This document shows positions 28,810-38,809 of a stretch of 64,000 nucleotides of DNA, one piece after another. The notes below the pieces were generated by a model. It was not told the origin of the DNA and did not search any database. It saw only the letters and a program-made list of their open reading frames with translations. The stretch's first letter is position 1. The number at the start of each line of letters is the position of its first letter. The position numbers and the translations under genes are program-made. Source of the DNA: an uncultured Chitinophagaceae bacterium (GTDB lineage: Bacteria; Bacteroidota; Ignavibacteria; UBA10030; UBA8401); assembly GCA_964367235.1 (NCBI GenBank), contig CAYIXI010000002.1:52970-116969 (forward strand). The letters are read 5' to 3'.

Positions 28810-30371
28810 TTTGCTTGCAAGGTAATTACTGGAAGAATCATTTCTTCAATCGAAATTCCTCCATGTTGGAAACTATCCCGATACTGTGCAAGATATTTAT
28901 GATAATCGTTTGGATAAACAAAAAAATAATCCTCAAACGCAATTACAAAATTTGAAGTAACAGAATTCTGCGGCAACTTAAATTCTTTTGGCGAGCGAAC
29001 AAAAAGCGATTGCTTCTCTTCCGATTTTAAATTTCTTCCAAACTTGTATCGTAAATTTTTCGACGCATCTTTCTCAGCCATTATTTTTGTTCCGCGATGA
29101 CATCTAATAGAACCATGATCGGTTGTAATAATTATTTTAAGATTTTTCTTTTCAGACAAATTTTGCAACATACCCAAAAAAGATGAGTGTTTAAACCACG
29201 AATTCGTGAGCGATCGATACGCCGCTTCATCAGGCGCAATTTCTTTAAGTAGCGCGCTATCGGATCGATGATGTGCCAACATATCGACAAAATTTATTAC
29301 GATTGCAGTTAAATTATTTTTGTCGAACGAGTGACTTAATTGCAAAACTTGTTTGCCCATATCGGCGTTGAGAATTTTGTAATACTTCAATTCGGTTTTT
29401 AATTGAACTCTTTTTCTCTCAAAATATTTTTCGAGCAATTCTTTTTCAAATTTATTTAAACTCGATTCGTTTTCATCATTCTCGTTTGTCCAATATTGCG
29501 GATATTTTTCCTCTATATCAGATGGAAATAATCCACTGAAAATTGCGTTGCGTGCGTACGGTGTTGCTGTTGGTAAGATAGAATAATAATAATCTTTTTG
29601 GATTAAGAATTTTTCTGAAATTATTTTTTCCATTTCCAACCATTGATCCAATCTCATGCAATCCACAACTATAAAAACCACCGTTTCGTTCTCTTTTATT
29701 TTTGGTAAAATAAATTTATCTAAAATATCAACACTTAAAGTTGGGCGATTTTCTTTTGAGGCAATCCAATTTTTATAATTTTTTGCAACAAATTTTGTGA
29801 ACTCCGCATTACTTTCCTTCTTTTGAGAAGTCAACATCATTTGCAATCCACTTTCTGGATGTTCATCTAAATCCATTTCCCAATTTGTAAGTTTGATATA
29901 AAAATCTGTCCAACCATTTTCATCGAGTCCGCTTGCAAGTTGTTGCCCGATTAAATTAAATTCGCCAATATAATCTTTTGAAAGTTGTTCGCTTTTAATT
30001 TTTTTTCCTTCAATAATTTTTTTACAAGTAAGCAAAATTTGGCTTGGGTTAACTGGTTTAGTTAAATAGTCGGCAATCTTTCCACCGATTGCTTCTTCCA
30101 TCAAACTTTCTTCTTCGTTTTTTGTAACCATTACAATCGGCAAAAAAGGACGAATATCTTTTAGCTCAGATAAAGTTTGCAATCCATCTTTTCCCGGCAT
30201 CATCTCATCGAGAAAAACTAAATCAAAATCTTCTCGCTTAACTAAATCAATTGCATCATCGCCGTTAGTTGTAGTTGAAACATCAAAACCTTTTTCCTGC
30301 AAAAAAATTACATGCGAACGCAAAAGTTCTATTTCGTCATCAACCCAAAGAATTTTTTTTCTATTTTCCAT
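28806..30371 (-). CDS. porX: Response regulator with CheY-like receiver plus PglZ (alkaline-phosphatase superfamily) effector domain: PorX-like T9SS regulator
   Basis: REC domain (ILWVDDEIELL...DLVFLDEMMPGKDG) followed by a roughly 380-aa PglZ-type domain. Its 521 aa is close to P. gingivalis PorX. It sits immediately beside sprA and overlaps the tsaE start by 4 nt. Confidence 0.7.
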   Translation of the reverse strand: MENRKKILWVDDEIELLRSHVIFLQEKGFDVSTTTNGDDAIDLVKREDFDLVFLDEMMPGKDGLQTLSELKDIRPFLPIVMVTKNEEESLMEEAIGGKIADYLTKPVNPSQILLTCKKIIEGKKIKSEQLSKDYIGEFNLIGQQLASGLDENGWTDFYIKLTNWEMDLDEHPESGLQMMLTSQKKESNAEFTKFVAKNYKNWIASKENRPTLSVDILDKFILPKIKENETVVFIVVDCMRLDQWLEMEKIISEKFLIQKDYYYSILPTATPYARNAIFSGLFPSDIEEKYPQYWTNENDENESSLNKFEKELLEKYFERKRVQLKTELKYYKILNADMGKQVLQLSHSFDKNNLTAIVINFVDMLAHHRSDSALLKEIAPDEAAYRSLTNSWFKHSSFLGMLQNLSEKKNLKIIITTDHGSIRCHRGTKIMAEKDASKNLRYKFGRNLKSEEKQSLFVRSPKEFKLPQNSVTSNFVIAFEDYFFVYPNDYHKYLAQYRDSFQHGGISIEEMILPVITLQAK

Positions 30372-30395
30372 TTTAGTATAATTTAAAAAATTTAT

Positions 30396-33300
30396 CTATC
30401 TGATTGCAACACTTATATCCAGCCCACCTTCGTTTGTTGTCGAGCCGGGAATTCTCGAACCACCTTCATCTGGCGCAATTTTTGTGTATCGATAAAAGAA
30501 CGAAGCATTTACGCGCGCGCTTAAAACATAACGAATACGAGGCTCAAATTGCGTTCGTGATGAACCTTCGCCCGGAATTCCTTTTTCTGAAATTGAATTA
30601 ATTTCAAAAGTTTGACGCGAATTATGCGAATAAGAATATGTAAAACTTATGTCGATGTCGTTTGAAAATGAAACTCCAAAAAGTGGAATCTCGAATCCCG
30701 AACGAGAAAATCCTCCAGTAACTGAAATTTCTTCCATCGAATTTTCTGAAATATTTCTTGCCGCCGGAACTAAATCAAATGCTGTTTGAGTATTGTAACG
30801 GAAATTCGCATTCATGTTTCCTTTTAAAATTTCTTTAAAAGTTACATTCATTCCAAGTAGTGGCGAAAATCCGTATTGCAATCTTTGTCCCTCAATTATT
30901 CTTCCGCCAGAAAGATTTCCTTTGTAAGATTTTCGATATGTCGATTGATAAACATGATCCAAACTTAAATTTGAAACATATTCTTGCAAAAGAGGAATTT
31001 TTTCAAGTCCTCCCCATCGCAACGAATAATTTAATTTCGGCGCAAACTCGCCAAGAATTTTGCTCAAAATTGGTAATGATTCAAATCCCGATTCAAATGC
31101 TTCAGAAATTTTTTCTTCTTCGGATCTCGTATCTTGCAAGTTGTCTCTCAATTTATTGTAATCTTTTCCAACTTGTCCTATTCCACTATTGAAAATCGAA
31201 AAAATAAATATTGGTGGAAAAGATAAAAAAGATTTTTCCAGTGCACCCGATGTTGCTGTACTTTGTACTTCAGCTCTTCCGAGCGAATCTGTTTTTAAAG
31301 CCATGTTTCGCGAATAGTCAACAGTGAGAGACCAATTCAAATCCAAATTTGCACCTTCCCATAAATCGCGCGAAGTTCGCAATGTAAATTTATTACTCTG
31401 ATTAAAAGCATCATTCAAATTTGCATTTGGCGCGCGTAATCCTCTTTCTGTTACTCCAAGTTTTACAAAAGGAAATGCTCTTTGTGTTTGAAAATCAATT
31501 TCAGATGTTGGGTCGCTGACTAAACCCAATTGATAAGATCGAGTTGGACCAAATTCAATCAAACTTGATTGTGCAAATGGAACTCTCGCAAAAAGATTTC
31601 CAAATCCTGGACGGCCGTAAATTCCACCATTCTGCGAAGTGTTCGATTGCGTGTAAGTCAAAGATAATTTTTCAAAATCAAGTAATGGAGTTTTAATAAA
31701 TGAACGAGAAATATTTATCAAACTTTCTTTTATTGATTTACTTTTTTCGGTAATTGTTGAATCCGAAATTATTGGAGTTTTAGTTGTGTCGGGTTTCTCT
31801 AAAATCGATTTTACATCTTTAACTTCGTCGTCGTCACTTTCCCTATCGGCATCACCACGCATTGTTGGCACGCTCATTGTTTGAGGAATTTGTTCGGTAC
31901 CTTTTTTTGGAAACCACGAATCGACAAATGATTTAAGGCTAAAATCAACATTTGCAGAAATATTATTTGACCAGCCAGCACCTTTTCCAAGCGGACCTTG
32001 TTGAAAATTATTTCCCCAACGATAGCCAACACTGTAAGCGGAAGTCATCGTCAGATATTGTTTCAAATCAAAAATGTCCGGGATTGGAGGTTGCATATTT
32101 ACCCTCACACTTTGATTGTAACTAAAATCGTATCCAAAATTTACGAGTTGATCTTTTAAAAATAATTCGGATAAAATGTCGTTGAAATTTTTTTGTCTGC
32201 CAAATCTATCAAGTTCCAAATGCGCCAATGTACTGCTGATGTCGACTGAGTAGTCGCCATTTAAATTTAAAAAACCATTTTCAGTTAATTTCCAACCGAA
32301 AGCAAATGAACGATTCGCTGAAAGATTTCGCGATGGCGCGCTTTCTTTCTTTGCATCTCGTAATTTTTCAAATCGTTGCAAGCGAGCCGCAGTTAAATTA
32401 ATTGAATAATTTGTAATTGGAATATAATGTAATTTAAAATCTTTCATCCACTCCGAAATACCAAAAGTTGAAAGAAAACTAAATGGCTCAATCGAATAAT
32501 CCTCCAAAGTTTTTTGATACGAAGTTCGCGCATTCCAACTCCACGAGTTTTGATATTGAACTGTCGGCGTACGAAGTTGAGATGAAGTATATGTAAATCC
32601 AAAATTTAATTTGTTAAAAAAATCTTGCGCTAAAAAATTTTTAAATGGTAATTGAAATGCAAAATTTGGTAAAGCATAAGTATCGGTAATTGTTAAAGTT
32701 TGAGTTTCAAAAATAAGTTTCTCACTCTCTTTTTTTGCAGATTCCTCCGAGCCAGTTTTTTGTTTAACAATATCGTATTGTCTTTTTGCCGCTTCGTCAA
32801 TTAAAATATCAGAGCTTGGTAAAAATTTTGGTTTCATTATTACTTCCGAGTGAGAATATGAAAATGGAAGCGTTGAACCCTTTAATGCATCGGGTAAAAA
32901 TTTATCCATCGCTAAACTTGTCGAAACATTCCAACTTCTATTTGTTGTGCGCGAACCAAATTTTTGTTCAAGTCCGTGAAAGTTCGGATCAACCTCCGAA
33001 AAACTAACAGCAATCGAACCAACATCAGCTAACTTTACTTGCGATGAAAAACTATACGCCCAACCCGGCGTGTCATCAACATCTGTTAATCGTAATTCGT
33101 TAATCCAAACCTCTCCACTAAGCGGAGTTGCAGTTCCTTTGCCAATCGGATTTTCAACACCGATTGCGATAAAAGTTACACGGGTTAAAGTAGGGTTTCC
33201 TAAAACTCCAAAAGTGGCGCCAATTGGTCCGTTTTTAACAGGTATAATTATTTTTAAGTTTGATGAATCGCGTCCCTGTTTTATCGCAGTTAATTCTTCA

Positions 33301-36300
33301 AATCGAATTTTAATTTCATTCGATGAATTCCATCCGGGCAAAATTGGAGTGCGATATTCGTAATAATTTAATGTGTCAATTCCAAAACGAAAAACAATCA
33401 TTGCATCGGGGTTTGTTGGATCATCGGAAAATTGCGAATACAACGCGCGCTCTTCTTGCCCATGCACAAACATTTTTAATTCTTTGTAACTAAAAACATC
33501 AAGCGGTTTGTAACTGTATCGTTTGATTGCAAAACGGCTCTCTCCATCTTTCAATTTTTTAAGTGCAAGAGAGAGAGATTGTTCATTTCCATAAACTTCT
33601 TCGTCGGGACGAGTTCTATCGCGTTCACGAATTACTCCCGGCGGAATTGTGTAATCGGGATTGTCTTCGTAATTAACTGTGCTGACTCGCATCGTGCTAT
33701 CATTTTTTTGGATTTCCTCCCACTGGTTGCCAACAAGATTTAATTCAGCAAAACGAATTTGAACAGTTGAATCAAATTCAGTCAACCACAAACGAACCGA
33801 TTCAATCAGTGAAAAATCTGGCACTCCAACTTTTCGAGAAAATTCATTCACAGGGATTCGATATTGATACCAACCATTTGAACCTTTTCCAACACGAAGT
33901 GGATTTAAATCAGTTGTATCTAAATTTACTTCGTATTCAAAATAACTATCTGTTCTGTCAAAATTATTATTATGATTTATATCTTCCGATTCGGGAAGTC
34001 GACCAGTTTCAGAAATTCTATTTCCTTCAGTGCCATTAATATTTTTGTAATTCAGACTTAACTGCTGATAATTATAATCATCTCCAGCCGGATCAGTTTC
34101 GATTGAAGGGAAAATATTTTTATTTTGTTGCACGAAATCCGAATGCGCAACTTTTTCTTCGGCATTAGTTAATCCATCAATTCCATTATCTTCGTTATCG
34201 CCAAGAATTCCATTTACATATCCTTTTTCTTCCGTATCAATTTTATTATTTAAAATTATATCTTCACTTATCATTCCGAGATCGATATAAATTTTATTTT
34301 GTTTTGTAACTTTTCCTTTTTCAATCTTCGCCCAAAATTCGATAAATGTAATATTCTCTTTTACAAAATCTACTGCGCTACTGGAAATCGAACGCTGGAT
34401 TCCGCCCCAATTCGCTTTTGGATTATCCAAAATTGTTTGTTGAAGATTTGTCGAAAAATTATATTGCCCTCTTTCGCGTGGATTATAATTGAGGTTCAAT
34501 GTCATCACTAAATCTGCACCTCTGGCTACTTTCTTTTTATCCCCCCAAATTTCGCTTACAGATACATCGCTTGGCTGAACTGTAAACCAATATGTTTTTG
34601 CTTTCGAAAATTTTTGTAATTGATCTGATAAATTTGCTGGCGGATTCATATCTTGCCACATCGCGTAATGAACGCCGAGTGGAATTATTCTTTTTGCTCC
34701 TTCAAAGTCATCGATGTATGCAATTCCTTTTGAACCATCACCAACGATTGTACTTTTTTTTGTATTCGGATCCGGAGACATGTAAGCGAACTCGCCACGC
34801 AAAGAATAATCCGATGGAGCATTTGTTGAAATTCCCGGAAGCAAGTCGATTGCTTTTGTGAGCAAATCAAATTTGCCGGAAGTCGTTCCATCAATTCCAA
34901 AAATTGTATTGTTTGTTGGCTCATCACCTAATCGGACTTTATCGCTCAAAGTTTGTTGATCGAGATTCATCAAAGTAAAACCGAGAAAAGTTTTCTCTGA
35001 AAGTGGTAACTCGCCACGGATTGCCATTAAAGTTTTCGATGCAAGTTGGAATAAATCATTTTGCTCGAACTTAACTTGCAGATTCGCGCCGGGAATAAGT
35101 GCAGTTTGATTTTTAATTATTATTTGTCCCAAAATATAATCAACAGTGTAATCTATATTTACAATCATCGGATTTCCATCGAGCAAAACTTCAACGCTTC
35201 CTTCAACAATATTAAAACCAAGCTGTATTGTACTGGAACTGCCTGCGGTAGTTTTTCCTTTAATCGTAAATCTGTCACGAGAAGTTTCGTACTGTGCGGC
35301 AAGTTGAGTTGTGTCGTAAATTTTTGCGTAGATAAAAGAGTCGGGCGGAACAGAAATATTATTTATTTTAAAATAATTCTCGATTGATTTTCTAAATGGT
35401 TCGATTGATGGAAAAATAACTTCGCCACGAGATTCATCAATTGTGTAAGGTGGTTTGTAATCAAAATTATTATCTGAAAGATTTCCTCCACTTGAATTAA
35501 ATCTATCAAAACCAAAAAGTTGTAAAGTTTTCACTCCAGCAATTTCATTTATTGGCTCTTTACCTGGGAGTTGATAATTAATTTGGAGATCAAATCCACT
35601 CTCTTTTATATTTCTTCCACCGAGCGAATAGATATTTTTCAACATTAATTTCCACGCAACTTTATTTTGCGGTAAAAGAGTTTTTGGCTTAATTAATTTT
35701 AAAACATAAATCGAATCATTTTTAGGTTTGCGTTTTAAGAATTCTCCGTAAAAAATATCATCATCTGCGCCTGCACCATTTGCAACACGATAAGCTATTG
35801 CAATTGCTTGTCCATCTTGGATTGTGCGATTAAAAGTTACATAACCAGTCAACTCGTGCATAGTATATTCTCGCGGTTCAAGTTTATCCCAATCTCCAAC
35901 CTCAACTTCGCCGGGGATTGTTGTTGTGATCTTTCTAAAATCTTTATACGAAGATGAATCAAACTGCATTGGCAAATCGATAAACGCAACTGCTTCAAAC
36001 TCTTTTTGAGTTAATGGACCGGAATGAGTTACATAAATTTCGTAATCGACAAGTTGCTTACTTGCATCGCCTTGAAGAGTTGTGTAAAACGGTTCAAATA
36101 ATTTTATATAACTTGTATCGACAAAATAATGATCGCGAGAATATTCGTAAGCTCGTTTTTCAAATGGGATTTCCTGCGCACCACCGCTAATAGTTTTTTC
36201 TTGTATCTGTCCTTTTTTTTGCGATGCGATTGCAGTTAATTTTAATTTACCAAATTGCATCACACTTTTAATTCCGAACAAAGCAGAACTACTTGAAATA

Positions 36301-37196
36301 AATGACGAAGCAGTTCCGAGTGAAACATTTCCCGCTTCAACACTTTGAACGATTTCATCATCGTAGCCGGTGTATTTAATTCGGAGTTGGTTCTCGTATT
36401 CAAAAGTTCGTTGCGTATTCCAATCGGCTAAAATATTTAATTTATCTCCAATTGTTCCGCTAACACTGATTTGAACTTCTTGCGAAAAATCTGGTTCGTT
36501 GCGCGATTGACCAAGCAAGGAAGTTGTAACTTGGTCGGTAAAAATATTTCTAAAACCAGTATGAATATCAACTTGACCAGAAATTTGTAAATTAATTCTT
36601 GGCGGACCAAAAATACTAAAAACCGGATTTGGCGGAATTGGAATATCTATATTTGTAAAAGTGCTAATTATTTCGCCAAGTCCGTCGGTTTTCTTTTTAT
36701 CGCTTGGTTTGTGAATAAATAATTCAAAATTCTTTTTTATGTCGTCTTGCATTCTATATCGAATATATTCTGCAATCGGATAAACGAGTGGAATTTTTAC
36801 ATCTTTACCATTTACAAGTTCGCGAACAATTACAAATTTACCTGTTGAGTCGAGTTTGACTTCTTTCATCAAAACATTAGTCGGTGCGATGAGATAAAAA
36901 ATATTTTTTTCAGGCTCAAAAATTTGCGCAGACAAATTATCTTTTCGTTTATACGGATAAAGTTTTTGGATTAGCGAATCGCGAATGACAGATAAGGAAT
37001 CGTAATATGCAACGGACGAATCGCTTTTGGCTTTTAAAGAATCGCTCAACAAAAAAGTTGAATCGCGCTTCATAAATAATGAATCGCTCGAATTGGCTTT
37101 TAAAGTATCGCTATTTTGCGCAAAAATAGAAATCGCATTTATGCAAATGCAAAAATAGAATTTTGTAATATTTTTTATTATAGGTTTTTGAAACAC
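30396..37196 (-). CDS. sprA: T9SS translocon / gliding-motility protein SprA (Sov)
   Basis: 2266-aa beta-rich OM protein with a signal peptide. Its size and position beside PorX match SprA/Sov. The true start may be an internal Met. Confidence 0.7.
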   Translation of the reverse strand: MFQKPIIKNITKFYFCICINAISIFAQNSDTLKANSSDSLFMKRDSTFLLSDSLKAKSDSSVAYYDSLSVIRDSLIQKLYPYKRKDNLSAQIFEPEKNIFYLIAPTNVLMKEVKLDSTGKFVIVRELVNGKDVKIPLVYPIAEYIRYRMQDDIKKNFELFIHKPSDKKKTDGLGEIISTFTNIDIPIPPNPVFSIFGPPRINLQISGQVDIHTGFRNIFTDQVTTSLLGQSRNEPDFSQEVQISVSGTIGDKLNILADWNTQRTFEYENQLRIKYTGYDDEIVQSVEAGNVSLGTASSFISSSSALFGIKSVMQFGKLKLTAIASQKKGQIQEKTISGGAQEIPFEKRAYEYSRDHYFVDTSYIKLFEPFYTTLQGDASKQLVDYEIYVTHSGPLTQKEFEAVAFIDLPMQFDSSSYKDFRKITTTIPGEVEVGDWDKLEPREYTMHELTGYVTFNRTIQDGQAIAIAYRVANGAGADDDIFYGEFLKRKPKNDSIYVLKLIKPKTLLPQNKVAWKLMLKNIYSLGGRNIKESGFDLQINYQLPGKEPINEIAGVKTLQLFGFDRFNSSGGNLSDNNFDYKPPYTIDESRGEVIFPSIEPFRKSIENYFKINNISVPPDSFIYAKIYDTTQLAAQYETSRDRFTIKGKTTAGSSSTIQLGFNIVEGSVEVLLDGNPMIVNIDYTVDYILGQIIIKNQTALIPGANLQVKFEQNDLFQLASKTLMAIRGELPLSEKTFLGFTLMNLDQQTLSDKVRLGDEPTNNTIFGIDGTTSGKFDLLTKAIDLLPGISTNAPSDYSLRGEFAYMSPDPNTKKSTIVGDGSKGIAYIDDFEGAKRIIPLGVHYAMWQDMNPPANLSDQLQKFSKAKTYWFTVQPSDVSVSEIWGDKKKVARGADLVMTLNLNYNPRERGQYNFSTNLQQTILDNPKANWGGIQRSISSSAVDFVKENITFIEFWAKIEKGKVTKQNKIYIDLGMISEDIILNNKIDTEEKGYVNGILGDNEDNGIDGLTNAEEKVAHSDFVQQNKNIFPSIETDPAGDDYNYQQLSLNYKNINGTEGNRISETGRLPESEDINHNNNFDRTDSYFEYEVNLDTTDLNPLRVGKGSNGWYQYRIPVNEFSRKVGVPDFSLIESVRLWLTEFDSTVQIRFAELNLVGNQWEEIQKNDSTMRVSTVNYEDNPDYTIPPGVIRERDRTRPDEEVYGNEQSLSLALKKLKDGESRFAIKRYSYKPLDVFSYKELKMFVHGQEERALYSQFSDDPTNPDAMIVFRFGIDTLNYYEYRTPILPGWNSSNEIKIRFEELTAIKQGRDSSNLKIIIPVKNGPIGATFGVLGNPTLTRVTFIAIGVENPIGKGTATPLSGEVWINELRLTDVDDTPGWAYSFSSQVKLADVGSIAVSFSEVDPNFHGLEQKFGSRTTNRSWNVSTSLAMDKFLPDALKGSTLPFSYSHSEVIMKPKFLPSSDILIDEAAKRQYDIVKQKTGSEESAKKESEKLIFETQTLTITDTYALPNFAFQLPFKNFLAQDFFNKLNFGFTYTSSQLRTPTVQYQNSWSWNARTSYQKTLEDYSIEPFSFLSTFGISEWMKDFKLHYIPITNYSINLTAARLQRFEKLRDAKKESAPSRNLSANRSFAFGWKLTENGFLNLNGDYSVDISSTLAHLELDRFGRQKNFNDILSELFLKDQLVNFGYDFSYNQSVRVNMQPPIPDIFDLKQYLTMTSAYSVGYRWGNNFQQGPLGKGAGWSNNISANVDFSLKSFVDSWFPKKGTEQIPQTMSVPTMRGDADRESDDDEVKDVKSILEKPDTTKTPIISDSTITEKSKSIKESLINISRSFIKTPLLDFEKLSLTYTQSNTSQNGGIYGRPGFGNLFARVPFAQSSLIEFGPTRSYQLGLVSDPTSEIDFQTQRAFPFVKLGVTERGLRAPNANLNDAFNQSNKFTLRTSRDLWEGANLDLNWSLTVDYSRNMALKTDSLGRAEVQSTATSGALEKSFLSFPPIFIFSIFNSGIGQVGKDYNKLRDNLQDTRSEEEKISEAFESGFESLPILSKILGEFAPKLNYSLRWGGLEKIPLLQEYVSNLSLDHVYQSTYRKSYKGNLSGGRIIEGQRLQYGFSPLLGMNVTFKEILKGNMNANFRYNTQTAFDLVPAARNISENSMEEISVTGGFSRSGFEIPLFGVSFSNDIDISFTYSYSHNSRQTFEINSISEKGIPGEGSSRTQFEPRIRYVLSARVNASFFYRYTKIAPDEGGSRIPGSTTNEGGLDISVAIR

Positions 37197-37438
37197 AAAG
37201 ATAGAAAAAGAGTCTTTAACTCTAAAACATTAATTCATTAAAATTGTAGCAAATTACTTTAGACTCTTCTCCTTCCGACGAAAAGAAATTATGATTTGAT
37301 ATGGGAAAATACAAAAAATTGATAAGAAATTGCAAATATTTCTAACTGATTTTGAATTTTAAAAAAATCAATGGATTTTATTTTTGTCGATGACAAACCT
37401 TTTCTTTAATTTCATCAGTTAATTTTTTAAATTGTCGT
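37197..37438. promoter_or_regulatory. Divergent intergenic region between sprA and lptF; contains a 7-bp inverted repeat AGAGTCT...AGACTCT (about 37209-37267)
   Basis: A 242-bp AT-rich gap between divergently oriented genes. Promoters for both are expected here. Confidence 0.3.
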
Positions 37439-38809
37439 ATGATTTTAGTCCGATATATTTTAAAGATGCATTTGGCTCCATTCTTTGGTTCTTTTTTTGT
37501 TTTGATGTCCCTCTTCGTTTTGCAATCGCTAATGAAATTAATGGATCAATTACTTGGAAAAGGATTAAGCGGAACAGTAATTTTTGAATTGATATTTTTA
37601 AATTTAGCTTGGATTGTAGTTTTAACTTTACCGATGGCAGTTTTGGTTTCAACTTTAATGGCTTTCGGAAAATTATCTTCACAAAACGAGCTTACAGCAA
37701 TGAAAGCTGGCGGAATGAGTTTATCAAAAATGATGTTGCCAGTTTTAATTTCATCACTTGCTGTAACTTGGTTTGCGATTGAGTTTAATAATAAAATTTT
37801 ACCCGAAGCAAATCATCAATTAAAAACTTTAACTATTGATATCCACAGAAAAAAACCGACGCTAAGTTTAACTCCTGGTTTAATTTCACAAGATTTACAA
37901 GGTTACAGTATTTTGGTGCAAGAAACTTTTTCTGAAAATAATAGTTTTAAAAATGTTTCAATAGTCGATCATAGAAATCCAAATTCTTATTCTCTAATAA
38001 CTGCAAAAAATGGTTCAATTAAATTTTCACCAGATTATAAAAAAATAATTTTAGATTTGCACGAAGGTGAAATTCACGAGCTTACTTTGCCAGAATATTC
38101 CAGTTACAGAATTGTAAAATTTAATCATCAATTAATTACAACCGACGCTGAAGGATTTGAATTTATTCGATCCGATGAAAATACTTTTAGTCGCGGCGAT
38201 AGAGAACTTTCAGCCTCCGCAATGCAATACATTGTTGATAGTTTAAATGTTCAAGCCTCAACAATAAAAGATAGAATAAATCGCATTTCAAATTATTGGA
38301 ATGAAAAATTAAAAACTGGTAGCGCTAAAATCGACACAAAAGATAAAATAGTGTGGGAACAAATAATTTCATTTACCGATGCTCGCTCGCAATTACAAAT
38401 GTTAAATACGCTAATCGAAAATGAAAATTACTTTTTAAATTCAATCGAATTGCAAATTCTTTCGTACGAAGTTGAAATTCAAAAAAAATATTCAATCCCA
38501 TTTGCCTGTTTTGTATTTGTTTTAATCGGCGCGCCACTTGGCGTAATGATTCGCCGCGGAGGATTTGGAGTTGCCGCTACAATTAGTTTGATATTTTTTG
38601 TTATTTATTGGGCATCTTTAATTGGTGGAGAAAAACTTGCCGATAGAGAATTTATGTCGCCTTGGCTTGGAATGTGGATTGCAAATATTGTTATTGGATT
38701 ATTTGGATTAATTTTATACTACCGAGTTGCGAAAGAGAATGTTGAAATAAAATTTAATTGGTGGAAAAAATTTATACCAAAACGATTTAATATTTATTTT
38801 GAGAAATGA
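37439..38809 (+). CDS. lptF: LPS export ABC permease, LptF/LptG (YjgP/YjgQ) family
   Basis: 456 aa with 3 N-terminal TM helices, a large periplasmic beta-jellyroll region and 3 C-terminal TM helices. LptF/G signature TAMKAGGMS. Confidence 0.7.
   Translation: MILVRYILKMHLAPFFGSFFVLMSLFVLQSLMKLMDQLLGKGLSGTVIFELIFLNLAWIVVLTLPMAVLVSTLMAFGKLSSQNELTAMKAGGMSLSKMMLPVLISSLAVTWFAIEFNNKILPEANHQLKTLTIDIHRKKPTLSLTPGLISQDLQGYSILVQETFSENNSFKNVSIVDHRNPNSYSLITAKNGSIKFSPDYKKIILDLHEGEIHELTLPEYSSYRIVKFNHQLITTDAEGFEFIRSDENTFSRGDRELSASAMQYIVDSLNVQASTIKDRINRISNYWNEKLKTGSAKIDTKDKIVWEQIISFTDARSQLQMLNTLIENENYFLNSIELQILSYEVEIQKKYSIPFACFVFVLIGAPLGVMIRRGGFGVAATISLIFFVIYWASLIGGEKLADREFMSPWLGMWIANIVIGLFGLILYYRVAKENVEIKFNWWKKFIPKRFNIYFEK

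Noticed and set aside
28806-30371. PglZ domain as evidence of a BREX/Pgl phage-defence system
   Set aside because: The PglZ domain is fused to a response-regulator receiver and sits next to sprA, which is the PorX architecture. No BrxA/B/C, PglX methyltransferase, PglW or Lon-like BrxL genes are present in the window.
36990-37140. Apparent short tandem repeats (gaatcgct..., Asp-Ser-Leu-coding) near the sprA 5' end
   Set aside because: They lie inside the SprA ORF and encode a low-complexity DSL-rich N-terminal segment. This is not a CRISPR or intergenic repeat array.
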